32,000 bases of DNA, from positions 1,170,001 to 1,202,000 of the forward strand of contig NC_016070.1 in NCBI RefSeq assembly GCF_000253055.1, given 5' to 3'. Below, one piece after another: positions 17,005 to 26,460 of this stretch; the stretch's first letter is position 1, and each line of letters opens with the position of its first letter. Source of the DNA: Thermoproteus tenax Kra 1. GTDB taxonomy: Archaea > Thermoproteota > Thermoprotei > Thermoproteales > Thermoproteaceae. Position numbers and translations under genes: made by a program. Under the pieces are notes generated by a model that was not told the origin of the DNA, made no database searches, and was given only the letters and a program-made list of their open reading frames with translations.

Positions 17005-17459
17005 TGAAACGCAGGATAAAAACAATTGCTGTACCATCAACATACGAGTTCCCTCTAAGCCGTTTGGATCCCCGATTCTTCGCAGAGTTTGACGTAATTT
17101 ATTTCGTCAATTTGTTTTTTCCTACTGACGAACTTCGCTATCTCTTAAGACTTTCTCATACCCTAAAGACAAAGCCCATAGTATATGGTGTACACGCACT
17201 AGTAATTATGCCTGGATTTAGAGGGTATAGGCCACGTAATTACTTATATAGTGTATTATCTCTTCTTCGGCTAACTGTTGAAAAGGTATTTATAAACAAA
17301 CAAATCAGAGTCGTTCATGTTTTAAACAGCTTTGATCTCTCTGTGTTTAAAACTCTAGAGTTTCGTCGGACGGCGTATATCCCATGGGGTATTCCCAATA
17401 CGATACTAGAAAGATGTCAGCCGTATTCTAATAAAAAACAAAGCAATAAGTTTACTATT
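17005..17459 (+). pseudogene. Split GT4 glycosyltransferase, piece 2 of 3 (N-domain segment, inverted relative to pieces 1 and 3)
   Basis: The plus-strand frame reads KRRIKTIAVPSTYEFPLSRLDPRFFAEFDVIYFVN...KPIVYGVHALV...RVVHVLNSFD...AYIPWGIPN...NKFTI, colinear with N-domains of the intact GT4s. No GT4 C-domain follows it on the plus strand. Confidence 0.7.
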
Positions 17460-17514
17460 GAAAGTATTCATCCGATGGCTTCCAATTTACGAATGCTACC
17501 TTAATAAATTCCAC
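17460..17514 (-). pseudogene. Split GT4 glycosyltransferase, piece 1 of 3 (first 18 codons)
   Basis: GTG at 17514, then EFIKVAFVNWKPSDEYF. In the present arrangement it runs into Q-stop. It resembles MYRVLFVNWFDEG of the remnant at 14871. Confidence 0.6.
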
Positions 17515-17535
17515 CGATTTAATACTACCTAGGAA

Positions 17536-17543
17536 CTTATAAA
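17536..17543 (-). promoter_or_regulatory. TATA-like box for the split GT4 gene
   Basis: Minus strand reads TTTATAAG, then 21 nt, then GTG at 17514. Confidence 0.4.
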
Positions 17544-17552
17544 CACACGTGC

Positions 17553-18554
17553 TTATCGTAAAAGGTGTAAATTTTTTGCTGTCAAATGTGGATATGCGAC
17601 AGCACGATACGTATTTATTGAAAGCCTAATTTTACTCGTATAAAGCTTTCGGCCTATGGCTCTCTTTACGAAGTGTTTTAAGCCTATAAACGAGTAAAGA
17701 AGCCCTAGCGTGTCCAAATGCCTTAGATAATGTAGTATTGATACGTATGTGTACTCAATTATAGCGATCGGCAATATCGCGACAAGAGATGTGACAGGTA
17801 ACTTCATCAGCAGAGACATAAAATTCCTTGAGAAGTAATATTGTAACTTTGGGTTCGTTTTGCCAAATGTAGCACTACCGATGTGGTATACAAAGTGTCT
17901 GAGTACGCAGACTACTCTATACCCTGCTGACCAAACCCTCAAGCTATAGTCAACATCATCAAACCAGAAAAAGTAGTCTTCGTCAAACATGCCAAGCTTA
18001 AAGAAAAGATCTGATCTTGTCATAAGAGCCGCGCCAATTGCATACGATACATCTAACAAGTTTTTGTGCATTTTATGAGTATATATCGCATCGGCTGTTA
18101 TGGGAGAGGGTATGAGACCCAGACTCAAAGCAAACCCAAGGTTATGTGAACCATCTAGGTTTATCACTACAGGTTGGGCAACTCCTACATCGGGGTTGCT
18201 CTCCATGATCTCGACTAGTCCAGAAACCAAGTCAGGCTTTATAAATACGTCATCATTCAAGAATAATATATATTTACTATCTCTAAGGAGTACTGCAGCC
18301 CTATTGTTGCCCCCGGACCACCCATAGTTCTTCCTCAACCTCAAGATCTCAACATTACACTTGGAACTTCTTGTATTAAAGAACTCGGCCACAAAGTCTG
18401 GGGTTCTATCTCTCGATCCATTGTCGGCTATCACAACCCTACAGTTATCGTAATCTATAGAGGACAGTCGTGTCAATATCTTTTGAAATACTTCCTCGCC
18501 AATTTTGCTAAGAGTGTTATACGTCAACATTACTATACCTACTCTTGGCTTCAT
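17553..18554 (-). CDS. GT2 glycosyltransferase (rhamnosyltransferase-like architecture, C-terminal TM segment)
   Basis: 333 aa. VGIVMLTYNT, VVIADNGSRDRT, LFLNDDV and WFDDVDYSLRVWSAGYRV. Confidence 0.88.
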   Translation of the reverse strand: MKPRVGIVMLTYNTLSKIGEEVFQKILTRLSSIDYDNCRVVIADNGSRDRTPDFVAEFFNTRSSKCNVEILRLRKNYGWSGGNNRAAVLLRDSKYILFLNDDVFIKPDLVSGLVEIMESNPDVGVAQPVVINLDGSHNLGFALSLGLIPSPITADAIYTHKMHKNLLDVSYAIGAALMTRSDLFFKLGMFDEDYFFWFDDVDYSLRVWSAGYRVVCVLRHFVYHIGSATFGKTNPKLQYYFSRNFMSLLMKLPVTSLVAILPIAIIEYTYVSILHYLRHLDTLGLLYSFIGLKHFVKRAIGRKLYTSKIRLSINTYRAVAYPHLTAKNLHLLR

Positions 18555-19253
18555 CTATTTAACTTGGGAAGTTATGAGATTCGAAACTATGTTAAAGACA
18601 GCCTTTATGTCTAAAGAGGATGTATCTATATAATATGTTTCTATATATGTAGCAAAAGATAACAGACTCTTAGAGAGAGTTCGATAAAACTCGATCCAAC
18701 CCCTTGGCTCGGTATAAGAACCCCTCTTTCTATACCGAGCTAGTAATGAGCTGTAGCCTGCATCTAAGTATATGATAATACTATGTGCTGAGAAAAGACG
18801 TAAGAGCAGGCGTGTGATTATAAGATGCGTACGCGTAATCTTATGGCTTGAGAGGCCTATTGCATACATATCAACCAGAAAGTCTATGACATGCCTCGTC
18901 ACAATTACTGTATAACCCATTAGTCTAAATAGCAAAACTTTGAGAACGTGAGCTGTCAAGAAGGCCGCGGTTTCTAGTATTAACCATGTATTAATAATTC
19001 TACCTATAAATAGCCTATCTACTCTGGAGATGTATACATCTGGATAACGATAGTACTCTGCACGTCCACACCAAATTAGGAACTTTATCAAAAGGTACAT
19101 GAAGAGATTATTACTCCTAACTTCTGTAATTACCACAGGCAACCTATACCTCTTTTCTAGATATCGCTTAACTAGATACGCTTGAGTAGTCTTACCAGCG
19201 CCTTCGGGCCCCAGAATGTATATCAATAACCTATTCCGCATTCCGTTTCCCAA
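18555..19253 (-). CDS. P-loop kinase-like protein (thymidylate-kinase-like layout) with hydrophobic insert, AT-rich paralog
   Basis: 232 aa. Walker A ILGPEGAGKTTQ, VTRHVIDFLV (DR-motif position) and IIIYLDAGYSSLLARYRKRG. Abuts the next gene with no spacer. Confidence 0.65.
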   Translation of the reverse strand: MGNGMRNRLLIYILGPEGAGKTTQAYLVKRYLEKRYRLPVVITEVRSNNLFMYLLIKFLIWCGRAEYYRYPDVYISRVDRLFIGRIINTWLILETAAFLTAHVLKVLLFRLMGYTVIVTRHVIDFLVDMYAIGLSSHKITRTHLIITRLLLRLFSAHSIIIYLDAGYSSLLARYRKRGSYTEPRGWIEFYRTLSKSLLSFATYIETYYIDTSSLDIKAVFNIVSNLITSQVK

Positions 19254-20344
19254 CTTCTGTAGAGAATTTATGGAGTATCTCTTTCATAACCCTTAATAGC
19301 GATAACCTAAAGACCTTAAAGGTATAGTTTCTCTCTATAAGTCCTCGGAATTCTGACGCGATAGACCGCCAACTCTCACGCGGTAGACTATTGTTGACAA
19401 AGTCTTCTATAGGGATATAGTGTTTTCTGGGAATCGCCGGCAGGTGTAACATGCCCGTGGCAGTTGTGATTATGGGTATTCCACAGTAGCCGGCCTCTAG
19501 TATTTTGTTCCTTATACCACCGCATATGGCATTCTTAGGATAAGGTAGTATTGCAGCATCTGACGATATTATTAACGCCACGTACATCGGATATGATAGG
19601 TAGCCTGTATACACAATATTTCTATGTATCTTGTCCTTAACCTTAAGACCTGTTACAAAGATCACAAAATCCTGTGACAGCATAGATGTTATCTTCAACA
19701 ACTCCTCATACGCAAGTATGTTAGATGCAAAAATGTCAGGCAGAGGGGCCACAAATATTTTCTTTCTATGACAGTCAAATACTTCTAAAGAGGTACACAG
19801 CGTCCTACGTATGTTCTCAATGCTAATATTCTTTAATTTTGTTACTATATTTTCAAAAATAGGAGTCAAAGCATTCTCTATAACAAACACTTCCCCAATA
19901 GAAAAGTACTTATTAAGCACCATAGCTAGATATCTTGAGGCTACTATAATGTATTTAGCGTGTTTGTAGGTAATATATTCACTAATAAATAACAACAATT
20001 TAGAAATGGTATTAGCTTTGCCCATAGCCAATGTCTCAAGCCAAGAAGAGCCGTGCACATCAACGATTATGGGTCTCCTGACGGTCTTTCTTTACAAAGA
20101 CGACTAGTGCAGCAACCCAGGGATTGACACCACTGACTATAACTAAATCTGCCCCTACCAGACTCGATAGAATACTAGGCATAAGTATATAAACGACACT
20201 TGTAACAGGTATATAGATCAGCTGTATAGAGCTCAGATCCCTCAGTGAGTAGTATATGTTAAGTGGCCTGAGAAGAGAGCCAGAGATATTATTAGCAGAA
20301 GGACCTATTACAACAAGACGCCATTTCGTAGACCAGGTTTGCAT
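19231..20344 (-). pseudogene. GT4-like glycosyltransferase with one frameshift
   Basis: ORFs 20060-20344 and 19231-20058 are in different frames. The reading ...PWVAALVVFVKK then (R)KTVRRPIIVDVHGSSWLE switches within GTAAAGAAAGACC (about 20065-20090). The C-part has NKILEAGYCGIPIITTATG. Confidence 0.65.
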
Positions 20345-20572
20345 AGAGACTAGATTCCCCTTAAACCTGAATATACTAGCTACGTAATGCTTGATACCCT
20401 GAGTCTAGGCTCAGCATACACGGGCTTGTGGATAAATTATTCCAAAACAATCCAGTAGCCAAAGCATTAAATTAAGCGACTCCCAATAGAGCCAACACCA
20501 CTACAACAAAAGTCCTCAACGACCTCACAACAACCCACACTTAAGTGAGATGTCCTCATATGTTAAAAGATA

Positions 20573-21763
20573 TCATATGTTAAACACTTTAAGAAGCCGA
20601 TTTTTAATCATATCATAACCAAGTCTCTTAAGAACAATCTCTCTGAGTTCAGCAACAACATCAAGAATTTTTTTCCTAGACATGGACAGAACGGTCTCCA
20701 TCCTATCCACAAGGCCATCAACATCGCCGGGCTCAAAGAGGAGCCTCTCAGCGAAGGTCCCCTCGACGATCTCAGGGACGCCCCCCACCCTAGATGCAAT
20801 GGGTAGAGTGCCGGCGAGCATAGACTCGACAACGGCGTAGGGCAAGGGCTCCTCCCAAACCGATGGGAAAACCATCCCATAGGCCCTACTGTGAAGACTC
20901 AAGACATCCTCGTACTTAAGATGGCCGAGCATCACGTAGGCATTATCAAACACGGCATTCAACTTACTCAACACGCCTCTACTTGAATCGGAAAAATTTT
21001 TAGTTAGTAGGAAAACCGCACGGCGCCTACGCAGGAGGCTTGCTGAGGCCTTAAGAAATATGTGAAAGCCCTTGATGAAACTATCGCCGCCAAGGTAGAG
21101 AAACGAGGGGGGTTCAGTGGGCTCTTTCTTAATGACGGGTATGTCGGGCAGCGGATTATAGATTACTGAAATCTTACTGCTGAGCTCAGGAACATGCTTA
21201 ACGATAAGCTCGGCCTGTCTCTTCGACACACATATCACCTCGTCGGCCATTGAGACCCACGACCTGGCCAAAAGCCAGGTAGGCGCCGACAAAGTGCCGA
21301 GCAACGCCCTAGTTAAGCTACGGTGCTCAAACAACTCAAAAGAGGCAACCTCGCTTGGGCTATTGAGCGATTTTCCATCGCGAAGCACGGAGGCCGTGTA
21401 GGAGATTGGTTGATAGTCATGCAGGTGGACGACAACTCTTTTGCCGAAGCCCTTGGCCGTGGGTATTATGGGGTACGCGTAGCGGGGAATATAAACAACG
21501 TCGGCCCACCTAAGCAACTTAACAAACCAAGGCTCCCTAGACAGCAAAATAGAGTTAATCCATAGAGACGCCTTATCCCTACGCTTAAGCAACGGCGTAA
21601 ACATATACTCAACGCCACGAACGCGCTCAGGATACTCGGTGCCCGCAACGACGGTGATGTTAAAACCCTCACGGGCCAATAACTTAGTTATCAAGTGAGT
21701 AGCCAAGGTACCTCCACCGCCTTCAGGCCAGTACTGCTCAGCTATGATCAGCAATTTTGTCAT
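20573..21763 (-). CDS. GT4 glycosyltransferase
   Basis: 396 aa. EQYWPEGGGG at the N-terminus and FPSVWEEPLPYAVVESMLAGTLPIASRVGGVPEIV. Confidence 0.9.
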   Translation of the reverse strand: MTKLLIIAEQYWPEGGGGTLATHLITKLLAREGFNITVVAGTEYPERVRGVEYMFTPLLKRRDKASLWINSILLSREPWFVKLLRWADVVYIPRYAYPIIPTAKGFGKRVVVHLHDYQPISYTASVLRDGKSLNSPSEVASFELFEHRSLTRALLGTLSAPTWLLARSWVSMADEVICVSKRQAELIVKHVPELSSKISVIYNPLPDIPVIKKEPTEPPSFLYLGGDSFIKGFHIFLKASASLLRRRRAVFLLTKNFSDSSRGVLSKLNAVFDNAYVMLGHLKYEDVLSLHSRAYGMVFPSVWEEPLPYAVVESMLAGTLPIASRVGGVPEIVEGTFAERLLFEPGDVDGLVDRMETVLSMSRKKILDVVAELREIVLKRLGYDMIKNRLLKVFNI

Positions 21764-22817
21764 TGATATAGTCCGTAAATAGAGATATGTTATATCTCAT
21801 AAGTTCGTTTGCTGCATAAGCAATCAATTTTCTCTCATTCAAGTAGAGAGGGGTTCTTGTCATTAACTCCTCACGTATTTTTGAGAACCCCATTCTGAGC
21901 GTATGCGCACGTATGAGGAATTTCAATGTATATGAGAGTCCCACTATGAATGGTGTTATCGAGAGTCTTCTTCGAAGCGCCATGTTCTTAACCCAAAGCG
22001 CTATCTCAAAGATAAGTCTGCCGACTAAAGAGCCAAACAGATACTTTCTCGGCATGTATAGTATGATGAATACAAACTTATTGGCAATGGCGTGAGGTAC
22101 TAGGTCTTTCCTTCGGCCCAACGAGGGACCATACTTGTGATAAATCACGGAATTTGGTACGCACACGATCTTGTACCCCCTCGCGTAGATCTCAGTTGCT
22201 AGCGCTAGTTCTTCGTGCGAGAAGTAAAGGTATGGATTAAAGCCCTTTATCTCCTTCAAAAGCTCAGCACGTACCGCTACGCACGCACCTAATGGGCGAT
22301 AGATTTTGAGCGCTACGTTATGCCTTACGGCTATCTCCACAAACCTCTCTGCTATTTGTGAACCACTGATAGAGCCAAGAGAGGGGCTTCTGCCTAACTT
22401 ATCAACGAAGCCTCCTAGGAACTGTATCGTGCCATTAAAGTTCATTATCAGCGGTTGTGCCGCTCCAACATTTGGATCTTTAAACGCCTCAATTAATTTC
22501 CTCAGCCAGTCTCTCTTCACAATGGTATCGTTATTTATAAAAACGATCACGTCGGGCTTGAACCTCATTGCATAGTTGAGGCCAATGTTGTTAGCTATTG
22601 CAAAGCTGTAGCTCCTGGATAATCTTAGGATCTTTAGACGCGGATCTCTGAACTTACCCTGTATGTAATCTGGCGTCCCATCCTTTGACCCGTTGTCCAC
22701 TATTAAGACTATGAAGTCATCGTAATCTGTGCCCAACAGCGAAGTTATATGAGCGTCGAGAAGTTCTCCGAGAATGCTCTTGCTGTTCCAGTGCAAGCTT
22801 ACGATAGCAACGCGCAT
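21738..22817 (-). CDS. GT2 glycosyltransferase
   Basis: 359 aa. VAIVSLHWNS, VLIVDNGSKDGT, VFINNDT and SHEELALATEIYARGYKIV. Confidence 0.88.
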   Translation of the reverse strand: MRVAIVSLHWNSKSILGELLDAHITSLLGTDYDDFIVLIVDNGSKDGTPDYIQGKFRDPRLKILRLSRSYSFAIANNIGLNYAMRFKPDVIVFINNDTIVKRDWLRKLIEAFKDPNVGAAQPLIMNFNGTIQFLGGFVDKLGRSPSLGSISGSQIAERFVEIAVRHNVALKIYRPLGACVAVRAELLKEIKGFNPYLYFSHEELALATEIYARGYKIVCVPNSVIYHKYGPSLGRRKDLVPHAIANKFVFIILYMPRKYLFGSLVGRLIFEIALWVKNMALRRRLSITPFIVGLSYTLKFLIRAHTLRMGFSKIREELMTRTPLYLNERKLIAYAANELMRYNISLFTDYINDKIADHS

Positions 22818-23758
22818 ATTAACTTGTTCAGCGTCTCCTTGGCCACGCCGTAGGATAGGGCTAGTCCTATCAATATGTTACTCTTCACCCACGTCATTAG
22901 CCCATATCTCAGCCCCCTCTCCCTGACCACTAAGTATGCCGAGGAGAGCATATAAGCTAGGGGCAGAGATGCAAGCGTCGGCGAGCTTAGTATTAAATAC
23001 GCTGTCAGCGCTATCGCCCACGGCCATGACAGCCAGTAGAGGATTCTAGCCTTGAGGAACTTTGGAAGTGAGTTCCACGCCGTGTAGTACTCCTTCGCGC
23101 GGGTTGTGAAGTTATACTTAAGCCATTCAATAACCGATTTCCTCAAGTCTTCAGGTCTCTTGATGTGCGCAACGGGCTTGGGGGCCCACATAACCTTGCA
23201 CCTGGCCCTCTCTCTAACCTTTATGCAGAACTCAGTGTCCTCACCGCTACTCAATATCTCGTTAAATGTGCTAACAATCTTGAAAACGTCCCTCCTTACA
23301 AGGGTGAAGCCCATGTAGACCGCCACAGCCTCCTTATTGACCACAGGCTTGTACTTAATGCCCAACTCTTCGTCATATACGTAGTCGGCGCCCATGATGC
23401 ATATCCTGCGGTCTCGCTCCATCAGCTCGACCATGGTCTTCAACAGGTCTCTAGGAGGCACTACGTCGCTATCCCAGAACAACAAGTAATCGCCAGAGGT
23501 CCGCTTAACACACTCATTGCGGGCTTGCGATATATTTGTCTTAGCTCTAATGAGCTCAACTCTCCTAAAGCCTATGGCCCCATCGCGCCACTTAGCCAAC
23601 ACCTCGTATGACCCATCTTGCGAGTACCCATCGACAAAGACTAGCTCGAGATAGTCCCTTGGATAGTCCAACTCCTCGATGGCCCTCAGCACCTTATTGA
23701 GATGCCAAGCTCTATTCTTAACGGGCATACATATCGTGATTAGTGGATAGTCGATCAT
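22799..23758 (-). CDS. GT2 glycosyltransferase with multi-TM C-terminus
   Basis: 319 aa. ITICMPVKNRAWHL, VFVDGYSQDGS, LLFWDSDV and SGEDTEFCIKV. Hydrophobic C-terminal third. Confidence 0.85.
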   Translation of the reverse strand: MIDYPLITICMPVKNRAWHLNKVLRAIEELDYPRDYLELVFVDGYSQDGSYEVLAKWRDGAIGFRRVELIRAKTNISQARNECVKRTSGDYLLFWDSDVVPPRDLLKTMVELMERDRRICIMGADYVYDEELGIKYKPVVNKEAVAVYMGFTLVRRDVFKIVSTFNEILSSGEDTEFCIKVRERARCKVMWAPKPVAHIKRPEDLRKSVIEWLKYNFTTRAKEYYTAWNSLPKFLKARILYWLSWPWAIALTAYLILSSPTLASLPLAYMLSSAYLVVRERGLRYGLMTWVKSNILIGLALSYGVAKETLNKLICALLS

Positions 23759-24816
23759 TATATGTCCCTCCCGACTAAGAAGAACTGGCCCTTAAACGCC
23801 AGCTTAAGGGAATCTGGACTGTGAGCTAGGTAATAAGCTATTGCGCTACCCCGCTCCTTCAGCCAAGCCCTCGTGAACTCACGCACGCGGCTTAGAAGCT
23901 TTCCATCGCCTCTATCTCTATATATGCGCACGGTCAGGGCTATGTAGTTCAGGAACATTGCGACGTCGCACGCAGAGCCATTATTTAAGTATTTGGAGTT
24001 CATGTAGGGGGTTCTGCCCATCATCGTGTTCGCGAGCCATAGCGCCAAGTGATAGGCGATCCACACAACTAGTTTCAACCATCTGAGCCCCCTCACGTAG
24101 TACCCCTCTCTCACTATCCTAGTTGGCGTGTAGCCAAGAGCCCTCACGGTGTCTAACTTATTCCTCAACTCCCTCCTCAGGTAGTGTAGCAACGATTTTA
24201 CGTACCTCCTCTCGCTCACAAACGTCGTTACGAAAAACCTCAGGCTAACCCTGAGCTCCAAGCTCCTCATGAGTCTCGAGAGGGGTATTGACTCGTAGCT
24301 CCTGCTCAGTATGGGGAGCATCACGCAGTTGGAGGCGACCCTTGACGCGAACTCCACATCCTCAGCCCTATTCAAATCGCGCAACCCACCCGCTCGAAGC
24401 GCCGCTGATTGCGGCGTGATTAGTATGTAGAGACATTTGTCGTTGAGAAGCTCGTCGGACACATAGTTAGTTATCAAATCCGCCAAGAGCTCGTGGTCAT
24501 AGGCGACGTCAAAGTCGCTAACGAAAATGAGGTAGTCGCCTCTAGCTAGTCTCATCGCTAAGTCCCTGCCAAGGCCTCTCGAAGATCTAAGCCTAGCCAA
24601 CCTAACGGTTACGCCGAACCTCGCGAAGGCTCTAGCCAACTCCCTAGCCAATTCGTAGGTCCCATCGGTTGAGTAGGCATCGACCACAACGACCTCGGAG
24701 GGCAGCCCGTAAATGCGCGAAAGCTTCGCCGCTGTGAGACATACGCTGGCCAGCGACGCCCTTATGTACGAGGCGCTGTTGTAAACCGTTCCGTAGAAGG
24801 AGATTGAGGCTCCCAT
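23758..24816 (-). CDS. GT2-like glycosyltransferase
   Basis: 352 aa. VVVVDAYSTDGT, LIFVSDFDV and RAEDVEFASRV. Confidence 0.75.
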   Translation of the reverse strand: MGASISFYGTVYNSASYIRASLASVCLTAAKLSRIYGLPSEVVVVDAYSTDGTYELARELARAFARFGVTVRLARLRSSRGLGRDLAMRLARGDYLIFVSDFDVAYDHELLADLITNYVSDELLNDKCLYILITPQSAALRAGGLRDLNRAEDVEFASRVASNCVMLPILSRSYESIPLSRLMRSLELRVSLRFFVTTFVSERRYVKSLLHYLRRELRNKLDTVRALGYTPTRIVREGYYVRGLRWLKLVVWIAYHLALWLANTMMGRTPYMNSKYLNNGSACDVAMFLNYIALTVRIYRDRGDGKLLSRVREFTRAWLKERGSAIAYYLAHSPDSLKLAFKGQFFLVGRDI

Positions 24817-24819
24817 GGC

Positions 24820-26381
24820 TCAGCGGCTTAGGAGGTTCACAACGCGCCTCTCAACCGCGAGCAAGGCGACGAGGGGCTTAGCCGCTGGCCCTACCTGTCT
24901 CAAAACCTCCGTGAGAACCTCCACATCCTTACCATCGATGGCTTTTAGCAGCGGGAGCGCAACTGCGTAGGCCACTACATACACAGCAGCCCCAACCGCG
25001 AGGGCCAGCGCGTCGTGCGCCATCACCGCCGTCGCCGCGAGCGTTGGGAAGGCAGACACGAGGGACGCCGCGTATACCCTAGCGACGCGAGGCACGCCTA
25101 TGGATACGCCAACAGCTCTTTCAGCCCTAGCCAGTAAGTAAGCGATCGATGCGTAGCCGCCGACTAGCCCAGCCATCATGGCGCCGAGAACTCCGAGAGC
25201 GGGCACGAGGGCTAGCGTAAGCGGTAGCGATACAGCGGTTGAGACAAGCCACGACCTCAGGGCCTCCCTCGTCATCCCAAGCCCGGCGAATAAGCTACCG
25301 AGGGCGTAACCTCCTACGCCGACGCCGAGGGCTCCGAGCGTCGCCAGCGATAGGTAGAGAGGAGCTAGCGCGTAGCCCTCGCCATAGACGACGCGTACCA
25401 TGTGCTTAGAGAGCAGTATTGTCAGCACAGCGGCGGGTAGCACCACGATTGAGCTAAGCCTAACGAACTCCCTAAGACCACAGCCACACCACACCCATCG
25501 GCGCCGAGCCTCGAAAAGACTGCGAACAACGTCGAGCCTATGGACGACGTTAGTAAGCTAAACACCGAAGCTAGGTTCATAGCGACTTAGTAGTTGCCGA
25601 GGTCGTAATCGCTCACGAAGTGGGCCGTGTAGGTGAACAACGCCCTATCAACGACGAAGCTGACTAACATCGGCACGTAGAGGGGGTAGCTGTAGAGGGC
25701 CATAGACCTAAGCGACTCAACGAAGCCAACACCCCCCGCGTAATCACCGCCTAAAGCCCTGAAGAGCTTTATGAGGAGGGCCAGCGCCAGGGCCGCCGCC
25801 ACGACGTAGCTCGCGACATGCTCCAGAACAGCCCCGAAGACCCCTATCCACAGCACGAGCGGCACGGCGAGCGCCAGCTTCGAGGCAGCTTGGGATACCT
25901 TGATGAGGGCCCCGTAATCAGTCCTCAGCATAGCTAGGAAGAAGCCATCGCAAACGCCTATAACCAACGAGGTTGTGATCAAGACGGAGGCCACAGAGAC
26001 TAAGCTGGAAACATCGGGCCTGGCGAGGACGTAGCGCGCGACCGCGTCGGCAAACACCACCACGGCTAGGGAGGCCGCAAGCCCCAAAGTAGCCTCGAGG
26101 AGGAGCGCGTTCCTAACGTAGAGCACAGCCACAGAGCCCCTACCACTAGCAACGAGCGAGGAGGCGTAGTAGGTCACGGCATGCCCAATGCCGAGGCTAA
26201 GCAATGGGCCGAACACAGCGGGGAGGCTCAGGACGAGCGAGTAGACGCCGTAGCCATCAGGCCCCAAGAGCCTAGCAATGACTATCGAGGACGCGGCTGA
26301 GATGAGCATAGTAGCAAGCCCACCAACGAATAGATGAAGCCAACCCCTAGAGGCGCTCACAGCAAAATTACCAAACCTCAT
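24820..26381 (-). pseudogene. Second Wzx-like flippase copy, inactivated (premature stop plus frameshift)
   Basis: The N-part 25587-26381 ends ...FVSDYDLGNY-TAA where the intact copy reads ...FVNNYDLGNYSAANNIAS. Homology continues after the stop (VAMNLASVFSLLTSSIGSTLFAVFSR), then shifts frame near 25475-25500 into the C-part 24820-25494 (LREFVRLSSIVVLPAAV...). Confidence 0.85.
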
Positions 26382-26402
26382 AGACCTAAAGCGATATCAT
26401 CG

Positions 26403-26410
26403 ATTAAATA
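26403..26410 (-). promoter_or_regulatory. TATA-like box upstream of the dead flippase copy
   Basis: Minus strand reads TATTTAAT, then 21 nt, then ATG at 26381. Confidence 0.4.
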
Positions 26411-26460
26411 GCCCAGCTGTATGTATGTCTCTCATTTTTGTCGGATTATCTTGTAATGCT

